A program made the translations under genes and the position numbers. From positions 121,706,001 through 121,770,000 of the forward strand of contig OZ336872.1 of NCBI GenBank assembly GCA_965287045.1: a stretch of DNA of 64,000 nt, given 5' to 3'. A model generated the notes under the pieces. That model was not told where the DNA came from. It ran no database searches and was given only the letters and a program-made list of their open reading frames with translations. This document shows positions 21,881-35,060 of this stretch, piece after piece. This stretch comes from Carcharhinus amblyrhynchos. Its lineage: Eukaryota. How positions within the stretch are numbered: the first letter of the stretch is position 1; every line of letters begins with the position of its first letter.

Positions 21881-24800
21881 ATTTCAGCCACTTAGTGTTG
21901 AGAGCTGCTCTTGTTAAGCGTCAACTGCAGCACACGTTTCCAAATGGAAAACTGGGATCGGAGATTGTCCTCTCGACTTCCCAGTGGTGGGTTCAGAATT
22001 ATACAAATAATAAGACCACCACTACCTCTCCCCTCAGCCAAAACGTGTGTAGGGCCTGGGAGATGACGAGAGTAAAACAGAGTGAATTTACCTTTTGTTT
22101 TCAAAAAAAGGGTAGTGTTTTATTTACGTACATACATTCTTGAAGTCAACTTCAATTTTTCCTTCTGCCGCTGAGTCATACTGTGTCGACCAAGATTCAT
22201 ATCGGACTGCCGTGGAAGGGTAGATAATTAACCCACACAAAAGGAACGTTTCAGTCTTTCATACAAAAGGAGTAGACTATGTACACAGGTCAAACCATGT
22301 GAGGTTGACATATGACTTTGTATTAGTTCACATTGTGGTCTAAATGCTATTGAAAGTGCTGAATGGTGTAACTGCAAGTGCTTCAGCTCAGCACAACGTT
22401 GCAACAAACACACACGCATGACCTAGTTCCATAGTACAAGCTGCAGAGCAATTAATTCAGCATTTCTAGCAGTGTCCAAACACTGCTTATACACTGTTTG
22501 GGTTTGTAAGCTAAGGCTCCTGTGAAGTCTGCTCGCCAACTCATTGCCATCACTTGCTTCTCCTGTCCCCACCAGCCTGCCTTTGAGCAAATTTAGTTTT
22601 GAATGTTAAAGTCAACAGCATCGTGCCCCGTGTATGTTTCAATGCTGAAATGACAGCGCAACAGCAGCAAGAACATTTTAAACAGGTAGTGGCCAAAAAC
22701 TGAACAGGCCATTCTGCTATATGATCGCGAGAACAGATGCAATCTAATCTGCTTTTTCCCTTCGCATCTCATTTGAGGGATAATTCGACCCGATTACAAT
22801 TCAATATTGTGTGCGACTGCCACATACCTGTAATGAAGTAAACAGTTAAATAATTCACCATGTCTGACAGCACCATTACCGTGCCACCAATCCGTTTGAG
22901 GTCTGCAGCCATTCCCTTGACTTCTGAAGCAATCCCAGTTGTAACAACCGTGCAAAAATTCAGTGCAACCTCTCGATAACACTTCCAGGATCAAATATAA
23001 TCACTGGTGCTGCTCTCATCACTTTAAAAATAATTGCCATTTTATTACAACCGTGTTACTTTCTGTGAATGGCGGGGGTGGGGGCAAGTGTGACAAATGC
23101 TACTCCTTACAGCATAATCACAGTGCTGTGCTGCAAGGCTGCGATCACTCAACCACAGCAGAAAGCAGCCATTTTGAAACCAAGAGCAGAAAAAAGCAGA
23201 ATTGTCTAATTGTAAAATGGCTGCTGCTGAAAGACTAGCAATTGCAAAATACTGATAGAAATGAACCTCACCCCTCTAAGTTGCGGATACCTTCAAAAGT
23301 GGAAGCGGGTAATTTTTATTTCAGTAAATTGCACAGCGAACAGCACTGAGGGGAGTATTTTTTTTTAAAACCCCATAAGTTAGAGGCTATCATTTTGTTA
23401 ATTTTTCACTTGAACGTCCCAAACTTCTTCAAAACTACATATGTATTTCCCAGTGATCAACGCTGAATGGCGTTTGCCACCCTGTTTTATACTTTATTTG
23501 CAAACATTTAGCATTATAATTGGACTGCACCCAGGAGGCTGGCAATTTGACAGATCGATGGCATTGAGTTGGATACTAACAAACATTGTACGTATTTAAA
23601 AAGAGAAAAATTAATTTCAAGCATAGAATTGAAGATGTTCTCTTCCTGTCTACTTCACATTACGTAATGCCTTTAATACCACGCAAAGCGCAAATCCCTG
23701 AAGTTCAAATTCCCTCTACTTGGGGGTAGCCTTCTTCCATTGCTTCGCCCATTCTGCCAATTTACAGTAATGCACCAGTTCTTTTGTTGCAATGCCAAGT
23801 CCACGATGAGCACAGACACAAATGTTGCTAACTGAACAACGTCAAACAATCAAGAAGAATAGGGTGAAATTCAAGTGGATGAAGGAGAAATCTCAAGCTT
23901 GGGATGCCAGTGCTGGTTCGAGCTGCTTGGGGCTGACAGGATGCGGTTGTCAAAGAAACGTGTTGTTACGCCGTAGTTATTGGGAGCCAAATGGTGCTTT
24001 CAGCACTTGCAGCGGCTAATCACCAAGCAATTGATTTAAAACAAACTATTTGTGCTGCAGGTGAGAAAGCCATTAAATTAGAGGATGGGACAGCTTCCAT
24101 TGACAATCATAGGATGCAACTATATCATTAGTATAACTTCCACCTTTTCACTCTTGTATTTAGTGGTTGAAAGCACAGCAGGCTGGTTAGATTACAATGA
24201 ACGACAAGGTGTAGAATAACAATCAGTAAAACATGCACTCAATTCTGATTATGAATTTACTATTAAATACAGCGCCATGATTTTTTTCAGAGCCGTCAAG
24301 AACTGAAATGTAAGTGAATGGCTGAGCCTCACAGACGCGCTCCTATCTTTGAAATGCTACATTTCCAATAAAGCATATTTTCTGATAAGAATCAGCCAGT
24401 TACGTCTTATACAAAAATGGAAAACTGTCTTCTCAGTGCGTTTCTCTTTTAGCAAGATCCACTGCAGCATTTTTTCTTTAAATGGGCACTTCAAAAGGTT
24501 TGTGCTAAAGATGCTGCGCCAGAAACTTCCAGATCAGCAAACACAACGAAAGGACTCAGTATTATATCTTTGCCTTACCTGCTGCTTGTTGTTAATGTTG
24601 AATGTAATAGCCCTCCCCGCCCCATCTCCCCAAGCCCTGCGTACATCAGTCTAGAACGAATAACTGTGCATTCTGATGAACAATCAAACTCTTTCAATAA
24701 ACATCCTTAACCAAGGATACAATGAAAAAGATTTTTTTTTTAAAAGCCAGCTGTACGTAAATATCAAACAGAAAATATTATGCGCCATGCATGTAAATCC

Positions 24801-26961
24801 TATCTGCGAAGAGGAAACAAAAACATCTAACGCAATCAGAAATATTTTTACAGTTTTCATGCAAAAAAAACACAAAAAGAGACCTACAGACACTGGGCAT
24901 CTGTCGTGATTACCTTCTTTAAAAAAAAACAAATCAAAACTCTCCAGTTCTCAGGAAGCTGTTGTCGCACTTGTGCTATTTATCGAAGAAACGGGATTCC
25001 TGAAAATTCTGCTCGTCAACAGGACTGCTCTGTTAAAATTCCCCGTCTGCAAACCTGTGAAAGCTGTTGCGCGAAGACCATTTCTCCCAGGGCTCAGAGC
25101 CTGAAGCTGACTACTGCAAAGGCCACTTGTCACACTAGGTGAGAATCAACCCATGATATCACTGTTGAAAATACCAGTCAGAAACATACAAGCGGTGGTA
25201 CACAATGTGCACCACTGCTAAAAATAGACTCGTTGCATCTGCTATCTGAACATAAACCTAGATCTAGAAATTCAAATCTGAACTCTGGTGAAAACCGAAA
25301 GAAACGATATTTGTACGGAGAGTTATCCAGCAACACCAATGGCATTACAATGCAAGAAATTTTTTTTAAAAAACAATCTCAGTGCAAACAGCCTCAGTAA
25401 AGGTACTTGGATGATATTTAAGTAATCTAATACTTTGAGCTATATGCTTTATGAAGCATTTTTTTTTAAATAAAAGGATTATCTACTTTATGTTGCAATG
25501 CAGTCCTGACTATACTCACCAGTGCTGTCAAGGCAACGTATGCACAGTATTTACATACTCACATTTGAAACACAGGGCATCGGACACAGTTATCAATACA
25601 TGGCACATTCGGAAAAGAAGCAGTATTAAACCTGCCTGCCATTTTTGGTTTGCAGTAGTAAGCTTAGTCCTGCTGTATACTGCACCATAGCTAGGGAAGG
25701 GGGAGGGGCAGCTCACCTTAAATTCAGTAGCTGTCAACTACATGGTGCTGATTCAAATGGATAGGAGGCAACAGTGAAAACGCTGTCGTGCACTGATGAT
25801 GCAAGATGAACCCCGATCACCAAATTAAAAAAAAAATTAAAAGGCAGTGCTACCAAATTCTGCTGTGATGGGAAAACAGGCACACCGCACACACTTGAAA
25901 CTGACTGCTTCCTGTCCAGTCAGTCTGCCTCACAGCTCAGCTCGAAAAACCCAGTACTTTATCGCGAATGCAGTGCAAAAAAAAAGAATGGCAGGAGCAT
26001 CACCATTAGGTGGAAGTATTTGACAGAAAGAGGCGATCCTGGGCTGCGTTCGCCAATTTAATACAGATCTTGTATCTCGCACCGAATCCCAAAGCAAATA
26101 TCGGAACGTTTTAGATTCGCCGTGAAAAGCCAAGATCTTAAAAACCTTCAGTTCCTTGATTTCTCTGCTGCGATGCTATAATTAATCGGTCTATTTCTGC
26201 ACCGACAACCACTGAGGCAGAATCTCATGTCACATGAGCAGTCATTGGTGTTTGCAGAACATATTTAATATGGAAACAGAAGCCTTGCAAATTTCTGCAG
26301 GGTTGCACTGCCACAAGATACCAGGGTGCATTGTAAAATTCTATTTCCTTTTGATTCTTTGCAAATGATTAGATTTGTTTTTTTTAAATATATATAAAGA
26401 AAAACCCAAATATTAATTGAAAATTTAACTGACATCATGGTTGCTTTACTCCGGGTCTCTCGAGCATGAAAGTAATTACTGTGCCGTTGAAAAAAAACTG
26501 TTTAAAATATTGTGACCTAAATAGCCACTGGGAGTTTAAACAACACACAGCGAGTAAGAAAGCTTGTAAAAGAGGAAGAATATGTTGCTAAGCCAGTTCT
26601 CAAGTGCCACATTATTACAGCTGTAATCTCCTTTGGGTTACCTTCATTAATGCCCTGGTGAAAGAAGGGAGAGTCTCAAACCGACATCATCAAAGCCTGC
26701 GGTGATGCAACTGAGTGTCTAATTAACTATATGTTGTCAGGAAGGGAGAATATGCATATCAACAACAACCACTGATAATACACTGAAAAAGCTGACGTTT
26801 GGACAGAACTGATTTAAAATCCGTATATCAGAATGTTCAAACCTTTTCACGAGGAAAATTGAGATGCCCGTGAGGAAGTGCATGAGTGACAGATCTGGGC
26901 CGCCTACTACTGCTACCTCTGTCACCTCTCTTTCTCTAACTTTACATTAGGACATTGCCAT

Positions 26962-27335
26962 TCCTTTTTTTTTATTCATTCGTGGGATGTAGGCATTGCT
27001 GGCTGGGCCAACATTTATTGCCCATCCCTAACTGCCCTTGAACTGAGTGGCCCCCCCAGCCATTTCAGAGGGCATCTTTAAGTGTCAGCCCAATTGCTGT
27101 GGCTCTGGAGTCATATTAAGCTAGATCGCATAAAGATGGCAGATTTCCTTCTCTAAAGGGCATTAGTGAGCCAGATGGGTTTTTTTTATGACAATCGACA
27201 ATGGGTTGATGGTCATCGTTAGACTTTTAATTCAAATTCCACCAGCTGCCACGGTGGGATTCGAACCTGGATCGCCAGACTATTATCCTGGGTCTCTGGA
27301 TTACTAGTCTAGCAACAATCCCACTACGTTACCGT
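26962..27335 (-). mobile_element. tRNA-derived SINE, probably MetaSINE type
   Basis: GTTCGAATCCC B-box; central CCCATCTGGCTCACTAATGCCCTTTAGAGAAGGAAATCTGCC domain. Family name is from recall, not a search. Confidence 0.75.
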
Positions 27336-28169
27336 TCATAACATGGATCTCAACTCTACTCCTCCCTCTACTAGTCAATGTTCCTCATTGTCCCTTAAGT
27401 AAATGTGCCGCATTCTAGGAGTGCACAATTCTTGATATTACAAAAATTCCCTGCCACAGCCTTACAGTACTGCAACAGTGGGTGAGAGGGTTATGGAGCT
27501 GGATACAGCTTGGATAACCTGATGTTAAAGTTAACCAGACTCAAAACATGATCTTAATGTAGGCACCACTCCTGTTTGAGCCAGCTTATTGGCCAACAGA
27601 AATGATGCAATCCTTCACGGACAGTTTCACTGGCCAACTGTACTCATGTGTTTATAGATTGACGTGATTCTGGACCAATATAAGTGAGGTTTTACTTTTG
27701 ACACAATTCTATTCATACAATAGTGACAAGAACCAGCATAAATAACCAAATGCAGAGCTTTCTACTCATTAAGCTTAGCTCCATAATAAACATTAGTGTT
27801 AGTACAGAATCTTGTTGCCAGTAAGGAGTCCCTATCATTTGAAGGCAGCCTCCCTTGAATGTTTACAGTTAAACAGCAAGGTCAGCAACATCATTATTGC
27901 TAGTACTGTGATATTACACTCCTCCAAGTTGTGATGCTGCGTTGTAGAACACAATGCTCGTTAAAGGGGACAAAGACAAAGCAGTAGGATAATGTTAGGA
28001 GAGTTAGTTTCAATGCAGGCCCACACAGAGAGAAAGTGACTATTTCATTGCAATATCAGCCTCTCGCATCCTGTTCCTGGACAAACCTTATGCGTCCTTC
28101 TCCTACTTGTAAGGCTGCAGAAGCCAGGCCTTCACAGATATGCAGGATGCCACTTCATGCAGAGACCTG

Positions 28170-28297
28170 CAGCGGGATTTTACAGCCTCACTCATCCCAA
28201 GAGCCGTAAAATCCCACCCAAAATCAACTGACCTTCCCATTGTTTGCCCCTCGCCCACTCCAATTCCCATGACAGGCGGGGCAGTAAAATTCCGGCC
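28170..28297. mobile_element. 128-bp MITE with CTG TSD
   Basis: CAGCGGGATTTTAC...GTAAAATTCCGGCC, flanked by CTG at 28167-28169 and 28298-28300. Confidence 0.8.
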
Positions 28298-28574
28298 CTG
28301 GATACAACTGTGTGGGATAGGCCTCCTTCATTTATTTTGCTAAAACCAGATCTTTAACACTTGGAGACCTACATTTTGGAGATATATAATTCCAAAGTTC
28401 ACAAACCCACAGCTTGCTTGCACTTAGGAGTGCAACTAATGAAGGGAGAACTGACCATCTCAAATAAGTACCTTGAGAGGAAATCAGACAGGTAAGAGTT
28501 TCTGACCACAGTCTCAAACTGACAAACAACAACATCAAAGATGTGTATTTAATGAAATGTAGATAATATGAATC

Positions 28575-28815
28575 TTTTTCTATTGATTCATGGGACATGG
28601 GCAACACTGGCTGGTCAGCATTTATTGCCCATCCTTAGTTGCCCTTGGAGGATCATTGAGAGTCAACCTCATTGCTGTGGCTCTGGAGTCACATGTAAGC
28701 CAGACCAGGATTGGAGGATTGCGGATGTGGTTCCTTTATTCAAGGAAGGGAGAAGAGATAGCCCAGGAAATTACAGACCAGTTCTAGCCTAACTTGTGAC
28801 TAATAAATAAACAAA
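28575..28815. mobile_element. Composite: Meta-type SINE 3' part (-), CR1 internal piece (+), V-SINE tail (+)
   Basis: Matches 26962-27130, then DWRIADVVPLFKEGRRDSPGNYRPV, then CTTGTGACTAATAAATAAAC. Confidence 0.75.
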
Positions 28816-29346
28816 AAGCACGAGGACCCAACTTTTCTCTCCCTGCTCCCAAAACGTGCGTTAAAAAGGTGTGATGGATACGCAAAGGTCCGCGCAAACT
28901 GTTTGTTCACAATCTGCTCCTAAAAACAAACATCACTGGTGACTTTTTGTACATCAAGAGGGAACAGAAACTGTAAGCTTTGTGCACATGGATGTCAGAA
29001 AGCTCTGCATTCAAATTGCAATAGGTGCAGAGGGCAGACTGCTTGCAGACTCAGTGCTACTAATTCCCCTGCTTTCAGTTTAATGTTAAGCTGATAATGC
29101 CTGGAAAGGCCTTTCTTTAAAAAAAAAATGGGTTTGTAGCTTCAGGACTTGTTGCAAAATATGGTTAACCATGGCACACTTAGTGATGGAAGTTATGTTC
29201 AGCACTATCCTTAGCCCTCTTGTGATAAAGGTAACTTGGCAACAAATACAAGGACTGACAGCCACAAATCCCCTTGACATCAGGCAGCAGCCCACAAGAT
29301 GTCGCTACACTGCAGCACCGTCTTGAAACCTTGGTGTTGGTTCCTT

Positions 29347-29675
29347 TCATAGAAATCCTACAGTACAGAAAGAGGCCATTCAGCCCATTGAGTCTGCACT
29401 GACCGCAATCCCACCCAGGCCCTACCCCCACATCCACACATTTTTTAACCCACTAATCCTCTAACCTATGCATCTATGGTCAATTTAGCATGGCCAATCA
29501 ACCTAAACCGCACATCTTTGGACTGTGGGAGGAAACCGGAGCACCCGGAGGAAACCCACGCAGACATGAGGAGAACGTGCAAACTCCACACAGACCGTGA
29601 CCCAAGCCGGGAATCGAACCCAGGTCCCTGGAGCTGTGAAGGAGCAGTGCTAACCACTGTGCTACTGTGCCGCCC
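29347..29675 (-). mobile_element. Full-length HE1-like V-SINE
   Basis: Head, V core and CR1-type tail all present. Confidence 0.9.
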
Positions 29676-31515
29676 AGGCTGAGGAACTGCCCAAACTTTC
29701 TGTTGCAGCCAATAATGCACCCTGAAACACGTCCTCTTGATGCTTCCTTTATTTTAATTCACCCCAAGAAGAAGATTGGGCTACGAGCCCTCGGTTGTGC
29801 CTGAACACACATGCTTTGCACTCAATTCTCTCAGACATCAACAGAAGGAGAAAAGTGACCTTCAGAGCACACGAGCCGACATCAGAATATCAGTGCTTTT
29901 TTCTAAACTAATTTATGGACAGTTAAAAAGTGACTTTGTAAATTAAAAGCACCAAAAAGTAAAAAGCAGCAGAGATATTAATCTTATTTAACTCTTTCAC
30001 ACTTACAGTATCCTTCTGGGAGTTTATCCATTCAGCTTATTGGAACTTTTTTTTTGCAACGGCGTGTGTGATTTGCCACTGAGAAAAGGGATGGGCACAT
30101 ACATCTTCCTCAGTCTCCATACTCAGCTCCATTTGAGCCCAGCTAACTGAATTCAAAGCACAAACCAGTCAAAATTGATCTCCTGACAATCATAGTTTCT
30201 TAATGAGTGAGAAGTGAGAAAGGGAATAAAATGTCATCCAATACCATCGAGATGTTTCAGCAACAAAGCAGGGCTTTGTAAATGCAAGCTTTTGTGTCTG
30301 CTGCTGTCATTAGGAAGAGATTTATCAGGGTTACTGGCCAGCACTGAAGCCCGTAACAGGCTCCATCCACATCTGCAGGAATTTAAGATTCGCGGCACCA
30401 CTGTGATGGTCTGGTTAGTCTCAATTCTAAGAGCCTCATGCAAACTATTCACACACACAAAAAAAAAATCTGTGTGGATGGTAAACTGCAGGATTCCTCA
30501 ATAAAACAATGTTTCCCAACAAGGTGGGTTGGTGCACAGTGGGAGAATCAGTCTATGTTCTCCTTACACATCAGTTGCACGTGACTGACCACTGAACAGA
30601 ATCAAAAATAACTTTAGGTGCCCAGGATCCGGGGTGGAGCTGGTCACACTGGGATTCTTCATGTTTGCACTGACCTTTGAAATTCTGTGGGGAGGGGAAA
30701 GGGCAGATGTTCCCTTCCCCCATCATGTGACTGTCTAGGGACATCTTGGGCCTTCTGGAAATGCAATTGACAAGCTCAGAGGCACTCTCACTGAGAGCCA
30801 ATGCAAATTCTTTAACAGCACCTAAGAGATCCCAACTCAGGGGAATGATAATCAATCACTGATGTAGTCCATTACCTTTCCCAAGGATTTCCAACATGCA
30901 GTGTAATAGAAGATGTCAAGAGCAGAAGTTTCATTAGGTCCACCCAGACGCTCTATCCACTTGAGCGCTACGTGACAACTCCAACATTCTAGATGGCATT
31001 TCAAAGCAGTTGATGCAACGCCATTGCGTGCATAATGTGCTGCGCTACCCAATAGGCAAATTACCCTGCATTTAAACATCTGAGCCCCCTCTAAGGAACA
31101 TTGGGGCCTGGGACGGCAGATTTGAGTGGCATAATTTTCCCAGATTGGAGCTGTTCTCACTCGGACTGATGAAACTTCGGTTCCTTACTATTTTTGATGG
31201 CCCTGCTTTCTTACTGAACCAGAATCCCACTCCATGCCCCGGCCCCACTATTTTATATTTGATTTCTTTCCTATATTGGTGGTGTCTAAGGAGCTTGTTG
31301 TGGCATTCATTACTTTGGGGCCATCTAATGTCTTCTTTTTCAGTCTGTCAAAATAGGTCCAAAGTAAAGCCCACGTCAGCCTCTCATGAATGACAGTTTT
31401 CTTCCTCTAAACCACAGCTTTCTGTGATGTTGTATTCTGGAGTTTCCATCTTCCTTTACTTTAAATGATTGAAACAGTTAAAACCATATGCATGGTGTTT
31501 GAAATTTTTTGGGAT

Positions 31516-31762
31516 GTGTGAAGTTTGCACATTCTCCCCATGTCTGCGTGGGTTTCCTCCGGGTGCTGCGGTTTCCTCCCACAGTCCAAAGATTGTGCGA
31601 GTTAGGTGGATTGGCCATACTAAATTGCCCCTTAGTGTCAGAGATCTAGCTAGGATTAATGCATGGGGTTATGGGGATGGGGCCTGGGTGGGCTTGTAGT
31701 CGGTGCAGACTTGATGGGCTAAATGGCCTCCTTCTGCACCTGTAGAATTCTATGATCCTATG
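31516..31762 (+). mobile_element. 5'-truncated HE1-like V-SINE
   Basis: V core and CR1-type tail. Confidence 0.85.
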
Positions 31763-32103
31763 AAATTTATTTCCCTGTTTAGCGAAACTCAAATTGTGAG
31801 GTTTTGTACCTTCTGTTTTGTTCTTAATATTTCTTCAAATTCTTTGAGCTTTCAAGTTAAAACAGTTTTCACTTAGACTTTCCCCAGACTTTCAGCAAAA
31901 AGTAGCCTCACGTTATGTGGTCCGAGTTATGCCAAATAATCCACCTGAATGCCGGGTAGATTATAGTTCCCAGGGTGAAGAGTAGGGAATCAGCTATTAA
32001 GAGTTTGATCTCATTGACTTTTCCCACACTGCAAAATCTAGCCCTTATCAAGGAGTACTATGGTTTTTGTTTTAAACTGAGCCAATCCCCTAAATTCTAA
32101 ACA

Positions 32104-32635
32104 AGGGTGGAATTTTCCTTTCCAGCTTGAGTCCCCTGATGGAGGCGTGAACTAGGAGGATTTCCTGCTGCAGAAGATGGTGGGAAGTTCCGCAGAATCA
32201 CGTGATGTTAGCCTTATTAATTGGGCAATCAGAGGTGTTCTGATGTTTTGGGCTGAGGGCCAGTTGGATGGTGTACAACCCACTGTCATTGAAGGGCCGG
32301 TACTGTGCTGTACTGTTCTATGTTTCTATATGTTTCTATATCCAGATTGAAAAGGTGCCCAACACAAACTTACCCACCACTGAAGGAGGACACGGCTTGC
32401 CAATCCCAGGAAGTTCTGCCCCCCAGGTGCAGTGACACATCCCTTGAAATCCTGCTCAATGCAGCGGAGGCCAGGAGGGACACCCTCTACCCAGAGGCTG
32501 GAAAGAGGAGGGTGAGCTATGTGACCAATCCTGTGGAGGTCTACAGGTTGGTCAATACCCAGGGCCCTTCGCCAGACAACTGCCCTGCAGTGTCAGAAAC
32601 AGATTAATGATCTCATCTGTGTCTCCAGTGGAAGT
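32104..32635 (+). mobile_element. Harbinger end with decayed Myb/SANT-like second ORF
   Basis: TIR-like GGGTGGAATTTTCC at ~32105; PRCSDTSLEILLNAAEARRDTLYP and, after a frameshift, QCQKQINDL. Confidence 0.65.
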
Positions 32636-34221
32636 GAACCTTCAATTGCTCACACTTACTTCACTGAATGGTAGATGAGACATGAGCCTTAGTAACAAGG
32701 GCACCATCTATGCCGTACATACATAAAAAGAGCTACTCAACATGATAAAAGGTTGCAATCCAAAACATCACATTTAGTCAATAGGTGGAGACACCGTTGT
32801 GGGTCTCTGACCCTTCTACACAGACAGCTCAGTCTGCGAGTGGGTTAGACATTGAGGGCACTAGCAAGCCCTGCTAATGATGGGCCTCTGTGAACCTTAC
32901 CCTACCATCCGCATGGGGTCAGCGCTCTGGAGGTTGCACAGAACCCTTGTGGACAACCGGCACTGCATCAATCACAGGGTGCACAATCCAGTAGATTATT
33001 TGTAGGAGTGAACGATACCCAATTGCTCTCAACCCATCTTCTTTCAACAGGTCGGGGGGAGTGACCTCAGGAATTCAGGGAGCAGGCAGGGACTGCTTTG
33101 TTCAAAACAGTTTGCGGGCATTTAGAGGAGACACAATCCCAATTGCGAACTCAAAACATTGAGCAAACGCAGACCAGAGTGGAGGGGGATGTTGCAATTC
33201 CGCAATAGAAACTCAAGTGATCAGGTTGTCACATTAAAACAAAATCACAACTCATCTCTCCTAATCAGCGGCAACTAATATCAGAAACATTTCATTCATT
33301 TTGCAACCCTGGCCATCTGCAAGATAGCGGAAGCTTCTTCTTAAATTGAAAATTAGTTGATTTTCGGCACCAGTTTCAAGCAGAAACAACGGTCCAGTTA
33401 AATGAGGGCAACACTTGGTATTCCATGCGTCTAATTTGATGCTCTCTGAACATGAGTGAAGCAAGGCTGAAGACAGCTGGTATGTCTTTTCATGAGATAC
33501 AGAATACACAAGTTAGCAGTGCTCTGGTTTGAAAAAAAAAACCCAGCTGTAAATAAAAAGTCACACAGATGATTACGTCTCACCGGTGGGGACGCCATCT
33601 CTGTTATTATTGGAGAACTGCACCTCACCAAGATCAAGAAGCACTTGACCCATTTACAACACAGCCGATTAGGTCACAGCATGTCTAGGGTACATTGAGC
33701 TATGCCAACACTTAGTGCCAGCCAGATTCAAGTGGAGCCCAACAGTTGCTGTTTCGCCCAAGTTGATTCATGTGGATATTTTCTGTCACAATTAGTTTGC
33801 TGTGACGCAGTATAAGCAACTTTGACATAATTTCTCGCATTTTCGTCGTTTGCTGCCTTTATTGCAGTTATGGTTTTTGCATTTTTCCCTCCCAAGTCCC
33901 GTTACCTAAAGTAAAACCATGCAGAAAGATCCATAATGGATACGAGTGTGACTTACACCCTGCCAGTCATGAAACAACCATTATTGAGTGCTGAAAATTA
34001 ATTACAAATATTTCAATACAGGGTACTTGTTCTCAAGCCTCTAAATAATTTGAAAACAGTACCGACTAGGCAGGCCATTCATCCCATGTAGCAAATCCTT
34101 CCATTGGAACCCATTGTTCTACAGCGCACAATTGTTGTCTGAATGATGCCAGTGTTTCGCTTCCATTAATTTACTTGGATCTCTCTATATGCCTATTTGG
34201 ACCTAAACTGTGTCCAAATCT

Positions 34222-34528
34222 TAAAGTTTATTTATTAGTGTCACAAGTAGGCTTGCATTAACACTGCAATGAAGTTACTGTGAAAATCCCCATGTCGCCA
34301 CACTCTAGCGCCTGTTCAGGTACACGGAGGGAGAATTTAGCATGGGTCAATGCGCCTGACCATTACTTCTTTCCGACTGTGGGAGGAAACTGGAGCACCC
34401 AGAGGAAACACACGTAGACACAGGGTGAGCATGCCGATTCCGCACAGACAGTGACCCAAGCCGGGAATCGTACTCGGGTCTCTGGCGCTGTGAGGCAGCA
34501 GTGCTAACGACTATGCCACAATGCTGCC
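34222..34528 (-). mobile_element. V-SINE with GTGACACTAATAAATAAA tail
   Basis: Full head, core and tail. Confidence 0.9.
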
Positions 34529-34559
34529 CCTATCTAAAGTTAGAGCTTGAAGTAAAGTG

Positions 34560-35060
34560 ACCGAGATGAAGCAGGATTAGAGGTGTAAAGAAAGAGAACA
34601 TCAGCATATAGGGAGAGTTTCTGCTTGACTCCACCCCACATAACATCCTGCACATCTCCACATTGAAATTGTCAGGAGTTTAATCGCATCGTGAAAAGTA
34701 GGACAGAAAAGGAGATAGCCCTGTCTGGTATCTCGATTGAGGGTAAGGGGTTTAGAGTGGATATTATTTGTACTTACTGAAATTACTGGGGAGGAATACA
34801 AAAGTTTTGTCCATTTTATAAAAGTGGGTCCAAATCCTAATTTTAAAAGGGTGAAGAAAAGGTTCCACTCAATCAAAAATCTTTTCTGTACCCATAATTA
34901 TACAAACCCCAGGAAAAGGAATAGTCAAATGTATATGAATAATATTGTACAGACGCCTTAAATTAGAGAAGGATTGCCTGCAGTGTCTAAAGTCTGTCTG
35001 GTCAGGAGAGATAATAGATGGAATGATAGGTTCAAGACATTAAGCTAAGCTTTGGCTAGT
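34560..35060 (-). mobile_element. L1/Tx1-clade LINE RT relic
   Basis: IEWNLFFTLLKLGFGPTFIKWTKLLYSSP..TNN..LNRDTRQG matches fish-type L1 RT. Confidence 0.8.

Noticed and set aside
22794-26133. Short ORFs in the repeat-free island as coding exons
   Set aside because: No recognisable protein similarity or consistent splice-bounded open frames.
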